DNA of 64,000 nt from Lama guanicoe (GCA_013239625.1 MU053376.1:768833-832832); one strand, 5' to 3'. Counted from the stretch's first letter, positions 39,028 to 53,200 are shown. Numbers and translations are program-made. Notes: generated from the sequence alone by a model not told the origin.

Positions 39028-40820
39028 ATTTTTAATTAAACTTTTTATTTTGAGACAATTATAGATTCATATGCAGCTCTAGCAAATAATAGAAAGATCC
39101 CTTATATTCTTTGCCCAGTTTCCCCCAATAGTAATATCTTGCAAAACTGTAGCATAACATCACAACCAGGATATTGACAATACACTGTCAAGGTAGAAAG
39201 CATTTCCATCATTACAAAGACCTCTCTTAGTGACCTTTTATAGCCATACCGATCTCCTCCCACCACCACCCCTCTTCTTTGACCCGTGGCAACCACTAAT
39301 CTATTCTGCATTTCTATAATTTTGTCATTTCCAGAATTTTGCATAAATGGACTTACACAATATTTAACCTCTTAGGATTGACTTTTTTTACTCAGCATAA
39401 TTCTTTGAAGATTTATCTAAGTTATTGTATGTTTCAATAATTCTTCCCTTTTTATTGCTGAGTCATGTTCCGTGATGCGGGCATACTGCTGTTTGTTTAA
39501 CCATCCATCCATTCAAGGATACCTGGGTTGTTTCCAGTTTGGGGCTATTATGAGTAAAGCCACAATAAACATTCTTGTATAGGTTTTGGTGTGAACGTAG
39601 GTCTTTCTCTCTCTGGGATAAGTGCCGAGAAGTGCACTTGGTGGGCTATGTGATAGTTGCATGCTTATTAGTCTTTCACGAAACTGCCAAACTGTGTTCT
39701 AGACTGGATGTTCCATTTCACATTTCCACCAATAACGTACGAGTGATCTAGTTTTCCCACATTTTGTCAGCATTTGCTATTGTCATGGATTTTTATTTTG
39801 GACATTCTGATAGATGTGTAGTGATATCTCACTGGGTTTTTTTTTTCTTTTTACTGTGGTTTTAATTTGCATTCCCCTAATGGTTAATGATGTTGAACAT
39901 CTTTTCAAGTGCTTATTTGCCATCTGAATATCAACTTCAGTGACATGTCTTTTTATGCCTTGGGCCATGTTCTAATTGGATGGTTGCATCTCTGCTGCCA
40001 AGTTTTAAGGTTCTTTATATATTCTAGAGCTCGTTCTTTGTCACGTGCATGGTCTCTCCCACTCTTCATCTTACTTTGCAAAGTTTTAAATGTTGAAGTC
40101 CTGTTTATCTAATTTTGCTCCTAGGGATCATGCTTTTGGCATCAAATCTAAGAATAGTTTGCCTGGATTTTCTTTTGTTTTTATTCTACAAGTTTGATAG
40201 ATTTACATTTTATGTCCACCATCCATTTGCAGCCCATTTTTATATAAGGGCTTAGGTTAAGATTCTGGCAGGGTGAGGGGGGTGGCTGTGTATCCTGTGG
40301 ATGTCCAGTTTTTCCAGCACCATTTGTTGAAAAGGCTATCATCCTCCATTGCTTTTGCATCTTTGTCAGAAGTCAGTTGAGCATATTTGTGCCAGTCTGT
40401 CTCTGGGTTCTCTATCCTGTTCTGTTGATCTACATGTCTATTCCTCCACTAATACCACATCATTTTGATTACTGTAGCTGCATAATGAGTCTTTCAGTTG
40501 GGTAGATGGATTCCTCCTATGCATTTCTTCTTTTCAAAATTATTTTAGCTATCCTAGTTCCTTTGTTTTCCCATATAGATTTTAGGATAACCTGTCTATA
40601 TCTACTAAAAATCTTGCTAGGATTTTGATAGTGGTTGCATTAAACCAGTGGCACCAATTTGGGGAGAATCTACATCTTTACCATTTTGAGTCTTCCAATC
40701 CATGAACATGGTATGTCTCTCCATTTATTTAGATCTTTGATTTATTTAGTCAGCATTGCATAGTTTTTGGCATACAAATCCTGTACGTGTTTTGTTCATT
40801 TTATATTTAAGTATTTAATT
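39028..40820 (-). mobile_element. Old L1 (L1MC-like), 3' UTR and ORF2 portion
   Basis: CCCAGTTTCCCCCAATAGTAATATCTTGCAAAACTGTAG...ACAACCAGGATATTGAC. ORF 39783-39968 ([26 protein letters not shown]) is L1 ORF2. Confidence 0.9.
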
Positions 40821-40834
40821 TTTACAAAATTTAT

Positions 40835-41050
40835 CTGTGTATGCATAGACAGTCTCTGGAAGGATGCACAAGAGACTGGTAATAGTGGCTCACGGGGAAC
40901 AGAGGCTCAGTGGGACTGGGAGGCTGCAGGACAAGGTTGGGAGAGAAATGTACTTATGTCTACTGTACTTCTACTGTGTAGTATTTTGAGTTTCATATCA
41001 TGTGAAAGGATTACCTATTCCAAAAACAAACAAAATAATTATTTTAATGT
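40835..41050 (+). mobile_element. Old L1ME-like 3' end (sense)
   Basis: GTATGCATAGACAGTCTCTGGAAGGATGCACAAGAGACTGGTAATAGTGG...ATTACCTATTCCAAAAA. Confidence 0.6.
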
Positions 41051-42224
41051 TTAAGTAAGAACCTTAAGTGAGAGACAGAGACGGAGTCTGTGTTCCCTGA
41101 ATGCTCAGACTAAATATCCAGGGGGAGGAGGCCCGTGAACCAGGATTCAGGAGATGTTTGATTTTGTACTTCTTCAGAAATAGGCACTTATAGGATCACA
41201 GGATTGTGAGGTGAAAAAGTGTTAGAGGTTCCCTGGACCCACTTCTCTTCTGTGGCAGAGGAAGGACAATCTGGAAATGAACAGTTGCTGAGAAGAAATC
41301 TATAAGTGCTCCCCAGACTTTAAGATAGAAGAGAGAGAGCAGTTTGGGAGCTGGTGAGCAGCCCCAGGCGCCCCCTCCCCTCCTCAGTCTGACCTGCTTT
41401 GCCTTCTTCTTGTTACTGAGGAGCATGTTCATCTGTCTACTTTGCCCCCTGACAGCCCAGGCCTCATTCCAGGGAACCCAGCAGGTATCTGACCTTCTGG
41501 AATCTGGAGGCAGCGCCCCAGACGTGCCCAGCAACCTGGCCATGTCCCTATGAGTCATGGAGCCACTCTTCTTGCAGCCTGCAGGGTATCAGGTGTCTTT
41601 CTTGATCCCTGATCTTCCCCAGAGCATCAGGTGTCCCTCCTGGAAACTTCCTATCCCTGGGCCAGGTGGACAGTCTATGCACTCACTTCTCATTTAACCT
41701 GAAGTCCTGAGAGTGATGATAAAGGTATTGAGGTGATGGTAATCTCACTCAGCTCTAAGGGTTCTCTGTCTGTCTGTCTTGATGTCTGTCCATCTATCTT
41801 CAAATCACAATTCTCACTGGATCCTCACAGCAACAACCCCATAGGGCAGATCAGATCCTCAATTTTCAAATGACAGTAAAATATTTGTACAAAGATTTGT
41901 TTTCCAAGTACTTTCCTAAAATTATCTCACTGCAGCCCCCAATACCCTCAGATAGGAAAGGAAAGTCTTATTAACACAGATGTAAAAGATGACAATATTA
42001 AAGAGGCAGCTGTGAAATAGTGGGCCTTTGGGAGGGCATATGGGCTTGAATCCTGACTCAAAGGGTTCTTTACACGTGTTTCCTCCAGTGTAAAGTGGGG
42101 CTAATAATACCCATATCCTTTGTCCTCCTGCTGGGTTGTTGTCAGGATTAAATGACTATGGCTCAGGAGAGTTTTAAGAATTAGCATTCTAAGATTTCTC
42201 ATTTGTCAACCCGTTTTGTCATTC

Positions 42225-43620
42225 AAAATTTATTTTTATTTTGAAAATGTTTTACAAAGAGAAGAGAACAATATAATGAACCTGAAGTACCCATCACTCT
42301 CTTCAACAATTACCAGTACAGGGCTGGTCTTGTCTCGGCGACATCCCTACCCACTCCTCCCTCTTTTGCTTTATTGTCCAGATTTCAAAATAGTGAAGTA
42401 TGGCCCTAACATCTCCCAAATGTGACTCATAGGGTTTAAAAATATTATTAGAGATTTGTAAGATTTAAACATATTTGTTATGTTTCAATTTATTGCAGTC
42501 ATAACCCTTACTGATGCTCAGCTTGACCAGGGAAACCTTATCCTGGATAGCTTCTGAGTCTTTTTAGCATAACTCTTGTAATCGTTCACATTTGGTTTGC
42601 TTTTATGGTGTGACAAGATGTTCTAGACTCACCTTATGTATTTGCTGCATCAGACATTTCTCCAAGAAAGTCTGATTCCTGTGGAGGGATGGTGCATAGA
42701 GTTCCTAATCTGATTGCTAGGGGTGCTCACTCCTACTAGGGTGATCCTTGTTTCTAGACCTTACAGAATAGAAAGTGTGTGTGTGTGTGTGTGTGTATGG
42801 ATCTAAGATGAAAAATATGGAGCTCATCCTGATACTCCCAGCTCAGTCAGGACTATAAAATTTTAACCTGATCTCATCAAGCTTACATTTGTATCTTCTT
42901 TCAGCAGGAAACTCTTGTTTCTCAGTAACATAAATATTATTGTTCATTTGGTTTATCCCACAATACACATACAAAAGTCTCAGAATAACAATAACAATAA
43001 TAATAATACCATAGTATCATCAATAATACGATTATTGGAAACAGTATAGGACTTTTGTTTGGGAGGGGCAGGTGATGAGGCAGTTCTTTTCATTCATAGG
43101 ATATATCCCTCCAAGGACATACAGTCCAACTGCTGTGGTTTAATTTCTCTATGTGTAGTTATTGTCAACCAACTGGACGCATAGACTCATTTGTTGCATT
43201 TTCATTTTAGGGATTTCTTTTAAAACTATTAATTGTGTCTTACAATCCAAAGCAAATCCACAAAACAAGGTATATTCAATGTCCCTGTTTCCTCCACCTC
43301 ATTCCTCCCCCTCCCTATAGGTCCTTTAAATTTTATTTTATGCTTTAACTTTATATCATCTTTTTAAAACATAAGCAAATATGTATATATCTTTGCATTC
43401 ATTCCTCCTTTCTTAAATAAGTGGTAGCATATTAAAACCACTTTTTCCTACCATGTTTTTTTTTCACTTAACAATAATCCTGGAGGTCACAACATAGGCA
43501 TCATATAAGAAATATTTCAAAAAGATTCCTTGAACTTAGACTGCTGGGTGAGAGTAAATGCATACTTATTTTAATAGATATTACCGCATCTCCTCCTGCA
43601 AAGGTAAATGTTACCGTTTC
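42225..43620 (-). mobile_element. Old L1M (ME/MD-like) 3' region
   Basis: AT-rich degenerate L1 3' UTR (AATATAATGAACCTGAAGTACCCATCAC...ACAAGATGTTCTAGACTCACCTT...CATTTCTCCAAG). Contains (GT)n at 42775-42796. Confidence 0.6.
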
Positions 43621-45289
43621 CTGCAGACGCCTTTTAATGTTAAAGCAAATGACGAAGTGAGTGTACTGAGAAAGGCAAAAAGATCACCCAAAAGGACTGG
43701 AGGTGGGGCTCGAGCCCTTGAAATACCAACTGATGGCCTAGTGGTGTGACCCTCTGTCCTGTAACTTCTCGCCATTTTACAGATGAAGAAACTGAGACAC
43801 ATGTAGGGAAATGATCCACCCTAAATGATATAACAAGCTAGAACTTAAAACCCATATCTCCTAATCCTAAAATTAGATCTCCTTTTAATATGTCATAGAT
43901 TTATTTATGGTGAACTCATTTTGATTATCTGTAGATAGGAGAGAAAAACATAGTAGTTCTCCTAAGTGAGAAAATTAATGAGATAATTATGGGTAAATTC
44001 TCCCTTGAGAGTAGGAGGAGAGATTCTTCAAGATATGGCTTAACTCCTTTAGGTGACTAAGAATTCAGCAGTTTGATTATGGTGTTGGGCCACAGTAATG
44101 ATCTTATGGAGAGAGAGACGGTCCTCCTCCCCAGAGTCCAGCATGTTTATGCACCTTGCAGAATCTTCCCATTTCTTGCAGAGTGCTTTGAATTTCTGTG
44201 AACAAAGGTGCCGTTATGCTCTGTAAAACTGCCCAAATGGGTGTGGACAAAAAGATGTAATTTCCCAGTGAATGAACAAGCTGCAAAGCACAGAGCCTTT
44301 TCTTTTTCCTTCCTGGAGTGACCCTGGGGTTTTTCTTTGTGCTTGCTTTGCAACAGGTTGACTGACTTATGTGCAATTTGGGACACTGGAGTTTTCGTTT
44401 CCGCTGCATACTGGAAGGGAGCCTCCTCTGGTGTTACAAGAAGGAGGCTGAATGAGGCAGAGACGGTGAGTGGGGCCTGGGCCTGGGGCCTGTGTCTCAA
44501 GGGGTAGGGGTAGTGTGGGAATTCTTGCCTCCTGCCCCTTCTTTTTGATGAGACAAGTTTCTTTGCCAGGCCCTTGGATCTTCCAAGGGGACATCTCCTT
44601 CCTTCTCCTCAGAGTCTGCCACAAAGCCAGAACTCAAGGCTCTCCTTTGCAAGGAGGCTGGCGCTGGGGAGACACTTGCTCCTTTTTCTCCAGCCGATGC
44701 TGTGAGCCGGCATTAGCCCTGTCATTGTCCCAACTGTCCACCGCAATTAAAAAATTGGGAGACAGCTGTGTTTGTGGCCCGCATTCCCTCTTAGCCTGGC
44801 CTGCACACCTGGAAGCCTCCGGAGTGACAGCCCCAGCATATGGGGGGCAGTCCGAGAACCGCTCCTCTGGGCAGGGCATTGGGCCTTGGCAGATGGGCAG
44901 CTGTCCAGGGCACAGTAAGCAACTGAAACTGACATCCCTGTAGCCACACCCTGTGTCCAGGGTCTACATTGTTCTGTTACTGGTTAGAATTTCCTGCTAT
45001 TCCCAGCAACTCCTGTTTTAGTCTTAAGGCAGAGGTGGCAGGGGAGGACATGCAGGAAGCAAGGGCTACAGTTGTAACCAAGGAGTAACTGGCATTGAAT
45101 CACAAGCTAGCAGCCCAGAGGCTTCTGAGCTGGAGGCCTGAACAGAGAAAGGTTTTCCTTTTCTTGAGTTTGGGCATCTCTGCTTTATTGCTCCAGCTCC
45201 CTTTCCAGATGTCTTTTGTTCTCCCAGAAAGAGCTGGAGCTTCAGGCTGGGAGGATGCAGGCAGGGAGGGAGTTGAAAGTTAGAACAGA

Positions 45290-45560
45290 ATATGCTGATG
45301 ACAAGGCTTTTGGCTCTGGACAAAATCTAGCTCTACTTGCTTTGTGACCTTAGGAAAGTTTCAAACCACTCTGAGCCTGATTTTCCTGGTTTATACAATG
45401 GGAATAATGAACTTCTTGTTGTAAAGATTCAACTAAAGATTAAACATATAAAATACCACAATAAAGTTGTTTTAAAAATTACAAAAAAAAATATAAAGAG
45501 CCCTGCACTGCCTGGCATATAACAGGTTTATAGTAAGTGTTCAGTAAATGAAAGGTATTA
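45290..45560 (+). mobile_element. MIR SINE
   Basis: TGTGACCTTAGGAAAGTTTCAAACCACTCTGAGCCTGATTTTCC...ACAATGGGAATAATG. Confidence 0.75.
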
Positions 45561-46229
45561 CTTGTCATATCCGCAGCAGCTCAGACATCCTTGTATTATG
45601 AAGGTAGTTTCTATGTGGGTTCCTTTAGGTCTACAACTTGCCGTAGACCAGTGTCGGGTTTCGGGGAACACTTGGTAAATCCATCTGACCACAGGGCGTT
45701 TCTACCTGATTATTGTTATTGAGTATTGAACTTGAACATAGTGACAGTGGCGGGGGGAAATGATGATGGGAGGCATCTGATTGCAAAAGTAGTATCCAGC
45801 TTATTATAAAAGGCATGTAAATCTATGTAAAACAGCGTGGGAACAGATCCCCAGGTTTGTGACAGAATCGGGAGTTCGTCCAGCTTTGTGTCACTGTGTC
45901 CCCTCTCTTGGCACTTTTTCATGTCCCCTCCCTACTTTCTATCTCTGTGTCCTGCTTAGACCCCTCCATACCCCTCCCTGGGCACGCACACTGTGGGTCG
46001 CCTAAGCAGATCTCTGCCTAAGGGTCGCTTCACTGATGACAGCAGCATCGCTGCCAGCTGCACATCTGGCTGGAGCTGGAGTCACGCCCTGCTGCATCCT
46101 GCCCGATGCAGAGCAAACCTCTTCTAGCTGGCACCTCTGGGCACTTCAGATCTAATCTGCAAGCCCTAACATTGGTTCAGAGCTTTTATTTTTATACTCG
46201 TTCCTTTATATTAGTTGTGTGCTCTGGCA

Positions 46230-46780
46230 TGCAAGACAGTTCTGTGATGTGAGCCAGGCGGGTGTCACCATTCCCATTTGATTGATGAATAAACTGAGGC
46301 TCAAGGAGTTATTTCTCTGAGGACCACAGAATGAATGAGCAACAGAACTCACACTAGAACTCAGATGTCCTGAATTATGGGCCATTTTCCTTGCCGAGGC
46401 ACCCACACATCAAGAAGGGTCAAAGGGTCAGAAGACTTTCAGACACACAGAGAAACTTGAAAAAAAGAAAAAAGAAAACAAGAGTGCCCACCTATAGCTA
46501 CTGAGGGAACGAACAGTAAGTTCTGAGAGGAGGACGGCTGCTTCAGGTTCTTAAGAGGGTGGTAACAGTTCTTGTTACTATAATCAGCGCTGGAGAACTC
46601 CCTGGGCGCAGGGCTTTGCGTTTCCCGTTCAGTCCTCCTCACAGCAACCCTAGGAAATAGGGCGCATTATTACCTACATTTTACTGGTGACAGAAATATA
46701 GAGAGATGAAGGAACGTGCTCAGAGCCCCAGTAGTGAGCAGGTGTCAGCATGTGAATTCGAATTCTAGCAGGCCAGTTCT
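46230..46780 (-). mobile_element. Two MIR fragments (about 46230-46390 and 46620-46780)
   Basis: CCCATTTGATTGATGAATAAACTGAGGCTCAAGGAG and CCTCACAGCAACCCTAGGAAATAGG...ATTTTACTGGTGA. Confidence 0.65.
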
Positions 46781-48339
46781 GGGACCTGCACAGTTGACCA
46801 TTTGGGTTTTCTGGGTGCTTTGGGGCTGCGTAGCTGTTTCTAAGAGAGCTTCCTGCCAGTTCCAGGTAGGAATCTGATTTTGTCTCTCCATTCTGGAAGC
46901 CTCACAGGAGCAAGTCCTCTGTTGCTCTGTCCTCCTCCCCTCCAGCTCTTCTCCTTTTGTTCTGGGCCACTGCCATCTGGAGCTGCCCCAGGCATCTGCT
47001 CCCTCCCCAGCACACCCCTCCCTCCCTCCTCCTCCTGCAGCCCCAGTGTGAGGCACCTTCCCGAACTCAGACTCATCGCCCCCCTCCTCCCCCAGTGCTC
47101 CAGCTCCCGACTCTCACCGGGCTCTCAGAGCAGGCACCTGCCCTCTGACACCAGGCAGAGGAACCATCCAGCTTCCCCAGGCTTTCAGTTTCTCAAATGG
47201 AGCCATTTGGTTTATTGCTTTCACACTCCTCGGCCCCTCTGCCTGTTGGTGAGAAGCTGGGCCTTCTGCCTCCAAAACCATTGCAACAGGCCGCTGTGGC
47301 CAACGTGGGCTCAGGACATACCACAGGCGGCTGACCGGGGAAGGGCCGTGGAGCTGCATTAGGAACTGTTTTGCCTCCCCACTCCCGGCCCCATGACCGG
47401 TTCCGGGCCCCTGAGGCAGCACGCATGGTGCCTGTGCAAATACCCATACTTTGCTCTGTGGTCAAGGAGTTTATTATTCATTCTTAGAGCCTCCCACCGC
47501 TGGAGCCAACAGCGTCTTCGGTATAGGCATCATAGCTGCCAGCATTTTGCACCAGACTTCTAGACAAATGGTGCATCTTATAATGCGGGAAGCGATCTTC
47601 CCTGTCTGTTCCATGTGCCCCGCCCCCTCCTCCAGGCTCCCATATTTTCCCTTCTCCTCCAGCCTGTAGGAGCCTGCCAGGATAGCAGTTGGATCCAGAC
47701 GGATGTCTGTATTGGATGTAAATGCAGAGGGTGGAGGGAGAGGAGGAACAGATGCGCTCCCTCCTGCTGTCTTAGTCCCTTCCTCCCTGTGCCTCCTTAT
47801 CACATCAGACAGGAGTCTTAAAAACGTAACTGGGGTGTGCTATCCTTGGAACACCAACAGCTAGACCAATATGAACAGCAGGATGGAAGTCACCTCAGAA
47901 AAACTGACCTGGCTCCCCAGGGGCTGACTCCAGCCAGATGCAGCTGATGTCAAGGTCATGGGAAGAAGCTGGCATGAACAGGGGTAGAAGAGAGGGTAGA
48001 GGGGTGGGCAGTTTCCAGGAGTGAGAAGTGCTTTGGTTAAGGAGGCAGGATAGAGGCAGGAGAGAGGGGAGCCCAGAGCTGCTTTGGCTGGGCTGGAATC
48101 TTGCAGGAGCCCCCGCTTCTATCTGGTCCACAGTAGCTAACTCCTGTGTAGATAACCGTATGTTGGCTCTAAGAATGAATAATAACTCCTTGGCTGCAGA
48201 GCTAACGTATGGTTATTTGCACAGGCACTGTGTATTTTGAAGGCCTACAAAGTAGATCTGTAGGTTCCAAAGTCCAGCTTGTTCAAAGCCACTTAGCAAA
48301 GCGGTGTATCAGCCATAACTTGAGGGGAAGGAGAAAGGA

Positions 48340-48620
48340 CCAATAGTTTTTGAAAGCCACGTTTGGGCCAGGCCTTGAGTGAGATGCTATCCATATACAT
48401 TAGCCCATGAATTCATTTAATATGAATTAATTCATTTGATTAATAATCATCACAACACCCTTGTAATAAACAAGTGTCTTATCCCACCCAAAGACTAGAA
48501 AACTGGGGCTTTGAGAGAGAGAAAACAAGTTGCTGAAGACCATGCAGAGGTAAATGGCTAAGATGGGACTGACGCTCAAGTGTGTGGCTCCAAGTCCACG
48601 CCCCTTCCGTGTGCCAGACA
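48340..48620 (-). mobile_element. MIR SINE
   Basis: AATCATCACAACACCCTTG...GAAAACTGGGGCTTTGAGAG...GTAAATGGCTAAGATGGGACTGA. Confidence 0.65.
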
Positions 48621-49539
48621 GATTATGCTATGTTACTTCCTCTTGAAGCCGCATCGCAGAATCCATGTCTGGTGTGTGTCTCCGGCTCTGCATGGTTTGC
48701 TAGTTCCTGCCCTGTTCTGCTCTGAGCTGGTGCTCACTTCTGTGAAGAGCACAAGAAAAGGAAAGAAGACACTGCCCCCACCCTCAGGAAGCTCAGAGTC
48801 TGCTTAAGGGGCTGGAGGTCATGTCTCTTTCCCCCTCCCCAAGCTTCTCCAGTAGTCTTGCAGCTCATCCTGTGGTTTTCATATGGCTTTAGAACCCTGG
48901 TCTGTTGAAACGGGGCTTGGAATCCCACAAATAGAGGGTGGAGTAAGCAGCTTAACGTGAGTGATGTCATGAGCAGATGGGTCCAGATGGTAGGTCCTCA
49001 GATGGACGGTGTCCTGGACTCAGGGAGCCTGGGAACGCATTGGTCAGTGACTAGAATGAGGAAGCTGGGGTTTGGAAGGAAGTTAGCTGGGGGTTGCACA
49101 GATGTCATCTTTTAGGAAGGCTGCCGAGAGAGACTGGTTCCAGGCTGTCTTTCTGCAGCATTCCCTGTGTACAGCATTTTGCAGTTTACTGTGGAGGTAG
49201 CGACTAGACATACTGTCACTTGTTTTGGGTGACATGCAGGAACTTGGCTCTAGGTCTTTTTTTTTTTAATCAATATTCAATAATGGAGTTATGAATCCCA
49301 AAGCCTAATTTTTTCTTAAGCTTTTCATTTCAACTGACAAATTTAACAGTTCTCGTCACAACTCTCATAAACGTTAACAATCATTTGTTTGATTCCATCA
49401 GTAAACTTAGTTAAATTCCTTGGGACATTCGAAGCATTTATAAATTTAATCATTCATTTCCCTTTTTGAAGTATCACAGTTTTCTAACAATGTCTTCCGA
49501 GTCCTTACGTAATTAATTCTTTTTTCTAACTAATATTTT

Positions 49540-49645
49540 CCGTTGTTGTAATTTTTGTTTTTTTCCAATGGAAGTACTGGGGATTGAACCCAGGACCTCA
49601 TGCATGCTAAGCATGTGCTGTACCACAGAGCTATACCCACCCTCC
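49540..49645 (-). mobile_element. tRNA-derived camelid-type SINE
   Basis: GGAAGTACTGGGGATTGAACCCAGGACCTCATGCATGCTAAGCATG...GAGCTATACCC. 16-bp TSD TTCT(A/C)ACTAATATTTT at 49524-49539 and 49646-49661. Confidence 0.9.
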
Positions 49646-49661
49646 TTCTCACTAATATTTT

Positions 49662-50282
49662 AAGTAACAGCTTTATTGAGATATAATTCACATACTGTAC
49701 AATTCACCCAAATAAAGTATATAGCTCAATGATTTTGAATATATTCAGAGTTGGATCCCCATCACCACAATTAACTTTAGAACATTTTCATTACCTTCTC
49801 CTTCCACAAAAAAAAAAAAAACCCATACCCATTATCAGTCACTCCTCTTTCCCACCAGTCCTTGTCTTCTTCTGGCCCTAGGCCATCATTAATGTATTTT
49901 CTACCTGTATAGATTTGCCTATTCCAGAAAGTTCATACAAATGGAATCATATGACATATAGTTTTTTGTTTCTGGCTTCTTTTACTTAGCAGGATGTTTT
50001 CAGGGTTCATCTGCATTGTAGCATGTGTCCATACTTGGTTCCTTTTTTATGGCTGAATAATATTCCATTATTTATAGCTATACCACATTTTATTTCTCTG
50101 TCATCAGTTGATGAACATTTGGGTTTTTCCCCCTTTTTGGCTCTCATCAGTTATACTGCTGGAAACATTTCATGTACAGGTTTTCTTGTGGACATATGTT
50201 TTCAGTTCTTTTTGGTTATAGAACCAGGAGTGGAATTGCTGGATCATTTGGTAGTTCTGTTTCACCTTTTGAGGAACCTGAG
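49662..50282 (-). mobile_element. Old L1MB-like 3' end
   Basis: AACAGCTTTATTGAGATATAATTCACATACTGTACAATTCACCC...GGAGTGGAATTGCTGGATCAT...TTTTGAGGAACC. Confidence 0.9.
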
Positions 50283-53200
50283 GTCTTTTCCTACTAAATT
50301 CAAGCCTCCCTTTGAGGTCTTCTGCCTTCAGTCTCTGTCTTCTCTCCCACCCAGGTCCCTCCTTCTTACCCTCTCAAATCTTGGGCTGCACCCTTGGGGA
50401 CAGTGGATTATGTCACATAGGAGTAGGAGTCCTTCCTCCTCTAGTCTTCCGCTGAGCCACTTCCCTTTTCCAGCAGGCCGGGGGAGCGGGCTCTGCTACC
50501 CCAGGCATCTTCTCCCCCACTTGGAGAGGAGTGGGTTGCTTCACAGTCCTCGCTCCTCTCTCTCTAGCTGTGAAGAAGATGTGTGTCGAATTGCTGTGAA
50601 ACTTTCTCCCTGAGGTTAGAAGACAGGGAGATGAGTGAGAAGCTGGTTCTTGAGTTGTAGAGAGGTGGGGATCCTCTTCTCCTCCCTGGAGGTGGCAGAA
50701 TTCCTCCCCAGCCCGAGGGAAGGTTGTTTCCTGTATCTTTAGCTGGTGGCTCCAAGGTGGAGGCTGTCTGCATAGCCTGCATGTTAACTTCTGTTTCCTT
50801 TACAATCTGCTTTACCTGCTAATAAGGGGACTGGTCAGAGCTCAGTTAACTCCAAGAAGGTCCAGTGAGTGGAGCTGGAATAATGAAATTCACAGATATC
50901 CACAAACCTCATTGAAGGCAGCCCCTGCGCAGCATGTCAGAGCAGCTGCTCGGACTACATTTGAGAGTCTTTTCCATTCTATGTATGTTTGCTAGTCCTG
51001 TCTCTCTCAGAGGATGAGCGAATCAGCAACAATAATAATGAGAAAATGCGCAGCCCCGAAGAACCTCAGACAGCTGGCCGGGTTGTAGCAGCCGCGATGT
51101 TCCTCCCAGTGTGCCCAGCAACTGCCACCCTGTGTGACAGGCTGTCCAGGGCTGGGGTCAAAGAGGCAGGATGAAGCAGCAGCCCCTCTTCCTCCATGTA
51201 TCAGGCTGTATGTACAGGGATGTTCATTGCAGCACTGCTGTGATAGAGAAAAAATAAAGAAAAAAAATCTAAAGGTCCACTGCAAGCAAGTGGTTAAAAG
51301 ATTTGTGGTAGACCCACACCACACAGCGAAGAAGCAGAAGGCAGCAGGTCTCCATGGCCAAGCTCCGTGTCTTAGTGACCCCAGCAGCCACGCCCCGGCA
51401 GCGAGGTGCAGGTAGCTCCCACCCTAGAAGGGGGCACGTTCCTGGTGGATGCAGCCTTCGTGTGGGGCCTGGCTGCCTGGCGGCTTATGAGCACCAGGGT
51501 GCCTGGCAAGTGCTTTGTGCCCCAAAGAGCCTGTTGTGAACATGAGAAATTCACTAGATATTCATGGTGGGCCCCTTGAGGGAAAGGTCCCTTCCCCCTT
51601 TCTTCCTTCCTGTCCCCACCCTCCCTCCCCCTCTGCCCAACTTAATAAATAGCCAAGTGGTTCAGGTTTCAACCTATAGATTAGTTCTGGATGTTGAGTG
51701 GGAAACAGCTGTTTTCAGCCAAATCCTTAATCCTAAACCCAGGTGTCCCCCTCCACCTGCTCCCTGGGTGGGAATCAGGGCCACCTGATACGTTGTCCCC
51801 CCACCCCCTACTCCTGCTGAGACCCCGTGGCCTCTGTGAACTTAGCCGAGGCAGGGAGAGGAGGGGTGGGCCTGCTGGTGCCCCTGTCACGTCCACGGAG
51901 CGGATCGCTGTCAATGGTTAAACACACAGCCCCTCACTCCTCCCAGATCTCTCCCCCTGACAATGCAAGGGAGCCAAGCATGAAACACAGCAGATGGAGA
52001 CCACCCCCCTCCAACCCTGAGAAGGGAGGAGGGGGAGAGGGGCTTGAATCCCATATACAGGGTGTCCTAGGCTATTGGAAAACCCTGGAAGACAACTGGT
52101 CCAACCCTACAAGGGAGGAAGCGGGGTCTCCCCTCCCGGGCACAGGGAGAGGGAGGTCTGGAAGCAGGCTGGTGAGTGCTTTCTTAGACTGTCAGGTCCT
52201 TGGGCCCCAGAGGGTTTGGTGTAGTTACAGCCCTGAAAAGGGGAGGTGGGAGGATTGTGCAGGCAGACAGACTTTGTAAAGATGCTAAGATTGCGGTCAT
52301 TTCACAGGAGGAGAAGAGGAGGTGGGTGAGATGTCCTGCTTCGGCGGGGTTCTCCGAAGAGGAAGGCAGGAAGCTCCTCTTGTGGCTTCTCAGAGAGCCC
52401 TGTCTTCCTCCTCCCTGCCTGGCGCTCTGTCTCTTTGGGACAGGCTGATGATCATCAATAGGGGGCATCCTGGGTTTCCTAGGAAACCTGCCTGGCCTTC
52501 GGGTGCCTGTGAGTGGAGGGAGTGAGCGGGCTCAGGTCACCATCTGTTGCGTCGTTCCTTCTTTGGCAGGAGAGATGGAAGGGAGGTGGGGACCGGAGGC
52601 AGGGGGGAAAGCGGGAGCAGGGTCGTCCGCGGCGCCCAGGGCAGTCCCTCCGCTGAAGGTGACCTCAGAACCAGGGCAGCTAAGGCGAAGCCTGCAGGAT
52701 GAGGGGATGGGGAGGCTGGGAACGGAGGTGACGGCCCTTCTGGAGTTAGTGCCTGGAGCAGCTGAATCCCTGGATTCTGAGAGTCTGTCTGTGGGATGGA
52801 GAAAATAAGGTAGCTCTGACTGAGATCAGTCAGAAGCCCTGACAGGGAGTCGGGGAGGATTTCAGAAGTAAAGGAGATGAGTGTGTCTGCTGAGCGGGGA
52901 CAGGGTCCACTTCAGAGGATGCTTAACAGATATTATTATTATTAGGTTATTGTTATTTGCATTACTCAGGCTTATACTGTAACAACGATTTTATCCTATA
53001 TGACTTAACCAAGGGTTTATACCATATTGTACTTATTCATTGAGGGTGCGTCTCTCTCAGGACGAGGAAGTATCTTGTAAGATGGCTGTTCACTCACCCT
53101 ATGAAAATGTATTGTACTGTCTTACTGCAGAAGGAAACACAACGTGGACTCTGACCTCAAAAAGCTCAGAGTCTGCTGCAGGAGATGGATGTGGGGACAA

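Noticed and set aside
50023..50613. 196-aa plus-strand ORF
   Set aside because: The first half is antisense L1 sequence; a chance read-through.
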